From Paraglomus brasilianum (Eukaryota), in assembly GCA_910592345.1 (NCBI GenBank), contig CAJVPI010000187.1, positions 1 through 44,451 on the forward strand: DNA of 44,451 nucleotides, written 5' to 3'. Position 1 is the first letter of the stretch, and each line of letters opens with the position of its first letter. Of this stretch, positions 40,304 to 44,451 are shown piece by piece. A program made the position numbers and the translations under genes. Below the pieces are notes generated by a model that was not told the DNA's origin, made no database searches, and worked only from the letters and a program-made list of their open reading frames with translations.

Positions 40304-41325
40304 AGCACTCTCGAAAGTAAAGGATAGCTAGTGAAGAAACCAGGAGGCACGCTTAGTCAAATAGTGTATTAGTATGATTTTTCATAAGCACAATTCATCG
40401 CCATACAATACTAACTGCTTTTGATTTTTCTCTGATGCTTATTCGTGAATTTTTTCCTAATCTTTTTTCCAGTAGCGCTAACTTTCAAATACACATTTAT
40501 AGCAATTTCCTCTGTAGATCTTTACAAGAAATCTTGTAGACGTAGTACCCGCCCATCGAGGAGCGCTTTTATAGCAGAATACATTTGCTTCCGTCATTCT
40601 TTGATCATATTTCCCATGTGGCAAAATCGTGCAAAAATTCATTGTAATAATAATAAACAGTATGTCATAGTCAACAAAAGAGACAAAATTTAATTTCGTG
40701 TGAAAAATAAATTGGATGCACGGAAATATATACATTTATCTCACAAGCTATAACGCTAATCGTTAATCGATACATGCTATCAACCTTTCTCTTCAAACTA
40801 ACGAATTTGTTTACATTTAATGGCATTCCCTTATTTTCGATGACGTTCACCCAGCTTTAAATATCTCGTATTGGCGTTCTTCTCAAAAAATTTTGATAAG
40901 ATTATGCCCAATTTCCATGCATCCTTGTATACGTATCCGTTAGAAGTATATCTTATTGTTATTGCAGTTTGCGATGGATGCAAATCAATTCTGATAATAG
41001 AGCGTGCATACTCTCCTCAGCGTATATCATATACTAAATGGAAATATCTTTTTCCCATCTATCCTTTAGTCGATCCTTTTCTAGAACGTAATTGCAAACT
41101 GGACTTATGTGCTCCTGGTATCATCCATCCTTGGTTACGTCAGTGATGAGGTAATCCTTATTTGTCCGCTTATTATTTCATTGCCTCGCATTTGTTCGCA
41201 CGTAAATTCCCTGACTGTCTGGCCGCAAGTAATGAGTTTACTTCTCCTGTAAATCCTTCAGATATAATTGTACCATCCCTGGCGTGCATTACTTACAACA
41301 AACATTTTATGATGTTTCACCAAAC

Positions 41326-41484
41326 CAGTCAACCCTCCTTATAGTCACCCCTCTATAAGCACATCACACTATGAGAACCAAATATCAATTACTATTACTA
41401 TTGAACTTATTAAAAAACCTCTATATAGTCACCTCAACAAAATTGCATTGTTCCCGACAATGTGACTATAAGGAGGGTCGATCA
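41326..41484. mobile_element. ~160-bp MITE
   Basis: Terminal inverted repeats with a perfect core ACCCTCCTTATAGTCAC / GTGACTATAAGGAGGGT and a CAGTC left end. Confidence 0.7.
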
Positions 41485-41890
41485 TGTGGCACCTACAACT
41501 TTTGTTTTGTTCTATTTTCGGTCATATTTTCACATGTACCGATCATGTAAATACGCCATTTTGGTATTTCTGTTTAGAAATAATAAGCAGCTTATTCTAA
41601 AAATAGCTCACCTTTTTTGTGTGGTTGTAACGGAATAACTATGTTAAAATGAAAATTCGGTTTTTCGACAAAAAGTATCAACTATTACTATAGTATTTAT
41701 ATTGAAATCAAATTTCTTTTAACAAATGATGTTAGCGTCAAACGAGGTAATATATCGTAAAACTTTACGTTAAAGGGAGTATTGTAGCGCTATCTTAATT
41801 GAGAATATTATTGCAACCATTCACCGTAAACGCTTTCTACCAAATTATTTTTAAACTTTCAAGCAATAGATATAATAAACTAGTATTTAC

Positions 41891-41945
41891 CCGCCGCTTT
41901 TCCCGTGCATCCGCCGCTTTCACCGTCATGTACCGCTTTTCCCGT
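41891..41945. repeat. Three ~20-bp tandem copies of CCGCTTTYMCCGT
   Basis: ccgccgcttttcccgtgcat / ccgccgctttcaccgtcatg / taccgcttttcccgt. Confidence 0.8.
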
Positions 41946-43150
41946 AACAATTCGGATTATTATCATGGTTATTTAGGTTAATTGTTAAGCAAATATGATT
42001 TTTTGATTTATGACCAATAATAAACATGTATTTGGACGACTCTCTCTTAAAAAGATCCGACAGTATTGTTACAGCCGGATTATTCAAGGGTTTGCAGATC
42101 ACGACGGATACTCGATTTATAACCAGTTATATGCTCTTCAAAAAGACACTCTTCTTTTATTTATCAACAGAAAATATGTTCGTCCATCTCGACTCAACTG
42201 TGCATGTTATCGAAGTTCATTATGGATCATCACTCCCTGAACACCAAATATTTAAAGCTAAAGGAATATTTCTTAACTTTGCAAGCGAACCTATTGCCAT
42301 CCGCTTTAGAGTTTATGTGCCCAAAACCCGATTGGTCGCCCATGACGTCGTTGAACTGGCTGAGGTAATAACATTAATAATATTACCGTACGTATACAGT
42401 AGATTACATAAACCTTTACGCAAACCACTATTAATATTAATGGTCCTTTTTGCAACGCATCCCGCAGGTCCAACCGTTCAATTCTCAAAAAATTTCTCCC
42501 ACGCTCGAAATTGGGCTACGAAGGCTCGGCACTAATTAAATCTCTAGTTCAAGTTTGTAAAAATACGACAATATTCGCAGTGCAGGCCATACAGTACGTC
42601 TCTGGTACGGTTCCGCAATAAAACTCGCAGAACTTGATATTGTCACAATTCTGACAAAAGAAATCTTGCAAGTATTCATCGTTGGCGAGTTAGATATTAG
42701 ATATATATATAACAATAAGCTCTTTATGATTTCGACCTTCCCTTCGTCAATATCCCGTGACCACTCGACCCCAACCCTTATCGGAAAAAACATGAGACTG
42801 TTAATATTAATCCCCACATCAGAAACCTCAATAAAACCGTCAAGACACTGATTTCATATCCACAAGAAAGAGCGAAAATCCCTTAAGCAGGAAAAGCCAA
42901 TAGAGCTAAGAAAAGGCAATTACGCTCGAACCAATCAAACAAATTGCAAGTTTGACATCAACGAAGCTGAACTTACCCCCGCATAAAGAATAGAGACTAC
43001 TACGTATGCTATATATTTTATATATTAAGTACTTAACAACATATTATGATCAATAAACAATCATAATTACAGTTCTGACACCAAGCCCCCACATAAATTC
43101 TAACCTAATTATTAAGCATATTTAGTCAGCATTTGTTTCACGTAAAAGTA

Positions 43151-43633
43151 CAGTCAGACCTCTTATACCGAAATGTCGGGATAATGAGGAATGATAATGA
43201 GATGCCGCTATATAACGTAATATTACAAACAAATACAGTAAAAGAGTTGACTAATCAGTAACAAATGAGTCTATTCGTTTAATCTATTCGACTTTGTTTT
43301 GCTATGCAATTCCACAATGCACGAAAGGCTTTACTGCGCCTTTAGTAGAGAAGATTTTGAACTACCTTTATCATCAACATTCTCTTTGTCTGCAGGAAGA
43401 AATAATTTCATCGTCTGTTTCTTCCTAGCGAATCATCTGCTATACAGCCAATCATTATTCTATTTTTGATCACGTGAAAACTTGTAATTAGTAGCCTATG
43501 CAAAAATCCTTGGTATCGAATCAGTGACGGTATAACTATTACAGAAGATTTCGTTATTATTATAACGAGTTTTTACTAATTAAAAATGGGGGAAGCAGGT
43601 AAAACGAAAATTCGATATAACGAGGTTTGACTG
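43151..43633. mobile_element. 483-bp pogo-like MITE with TA flanks
   Basis: Left end CAGTCAGACCTCTTATACCGAA; right end reverse-complemented CAGTCAAACCTCGTTATATCGAA; TA on both sides. Confidence 0.72.
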
Positions 43634-43706
43634 TAGTACAGTAATCCCATGTAGATATCTACACAAAAAATTTTGACCTTCGTCGTACGGGGCCTTGTTT
43701 TTAATC

Positions 43707-44451
43707 ATGACTTCATCAACAGCAACACCGACGACATCCCAATCTGTCATAAGAAACATTGGGGCTAATTCTAATGTGACTGATCTTTTAGAGAAAATTG
43801 CCTCACTCATCGATACATGCGAATTTCAGTCGGCACACACATTATGTACAAGAGCGTTGAGCATTGAGCCAGAGAATACCCAATTGTTGGAGACAACAGG
43901 CACCATAGAGTTAGAATTGGAAATGTATGAGCAGGCGAAAGAGGTAAATTTTAGTGATTTGCCTTGTGTAAAGAAATCAATGCATAATATATCCAATACG
44001 AATGCTTCTTTTCACGTTTCTACTAGCACTTTGCAAAAGCAATATCAATATCCCCAACCAAAGGCTATTCGAAATATATGTACATGGGACAAATGAGTGA
44101 AGGCCTTGATTCTGTGAGATATTTTCAAAAAGGCGTAGATTTGATGAGTAATGAATTAATCCAAGTAGAAGGCAACTTGGATGAAGCAAAGACGCTACGT
44201 CGGAAAATTTCAAGTGCCTTATGTTCCATGACGGAAATATATTTGACTGATTGTTGGTAAACATACAGACTCGATAGTTCTTGATAACAATGTCTTTATG
44301 TTTGTTCTAAACATTTTCCTTTTCCCACCCGACTGATTAGTTTTGAACCAGATGCTGAAATGAAGTGTGATCTATATTTAAATCAAGCATTAGATGTTGA
44401 TAATGAAAGTCCCGAAGTGTATCAGTTATTGGCATCTGTGAGACTTTCGCA
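43707..44451 (+). CDS. ACL4: TPR protein, ACL4-like (assembly chaperone of Rpl4); runs off the window
   Basis: LCTRALSIEPEN, KYMYMGQMSEG, ALCSMTEIYLTDC(C)FEPDAExKC, PEVYQLLASVRLS. Confidence 0.8.

Noticed and set aside
40860..41300. Coding-like minus-strand sequence, possibly a transposase relic
   Set aside because: Contains stops and I could not assign a family with confidence.

Overview
AT-rich, intron-rich eukaryotic DNA. Gene content (Crinkler-like NTPase, SEL1 fragment, MULE/SWIM relic, pogo-like MITEs, PDRG1, class II DAHP synthase) points to an early-diverging fungus, probably Glomeromycota/Mucoromycota (inference). I could hand-splice about 12 protein genes: a truncated P-loop NTPase, V-ATPase subunit a, PDRG1, a bromodomain-kinase fusion, SEC11, a P4-ATPase flippase, DAD3, a C2H2 zinc-finger factor, MTHFR, PheRS alpha, class II DAHP synthase and an ACL4-like TPR protein. 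Decayed DNA transposons lie between them. The standout is MTHFR (27035-29681). It has one in-frame TGA at codon 350, inside the conserved NGRWGDxxSPAFGEL motif, followed by 244 intact codons of the SAM-binding regulatory domain. Its first intron is unusually long and folds over a branch point and a poison 3' splice site. Together these suggest undescribed post-transcriptional control (recoding and/or regulated splicing) of one-carbon metabolism, but a nonsense allele or assembly error cannot be excluded from sequence alone.
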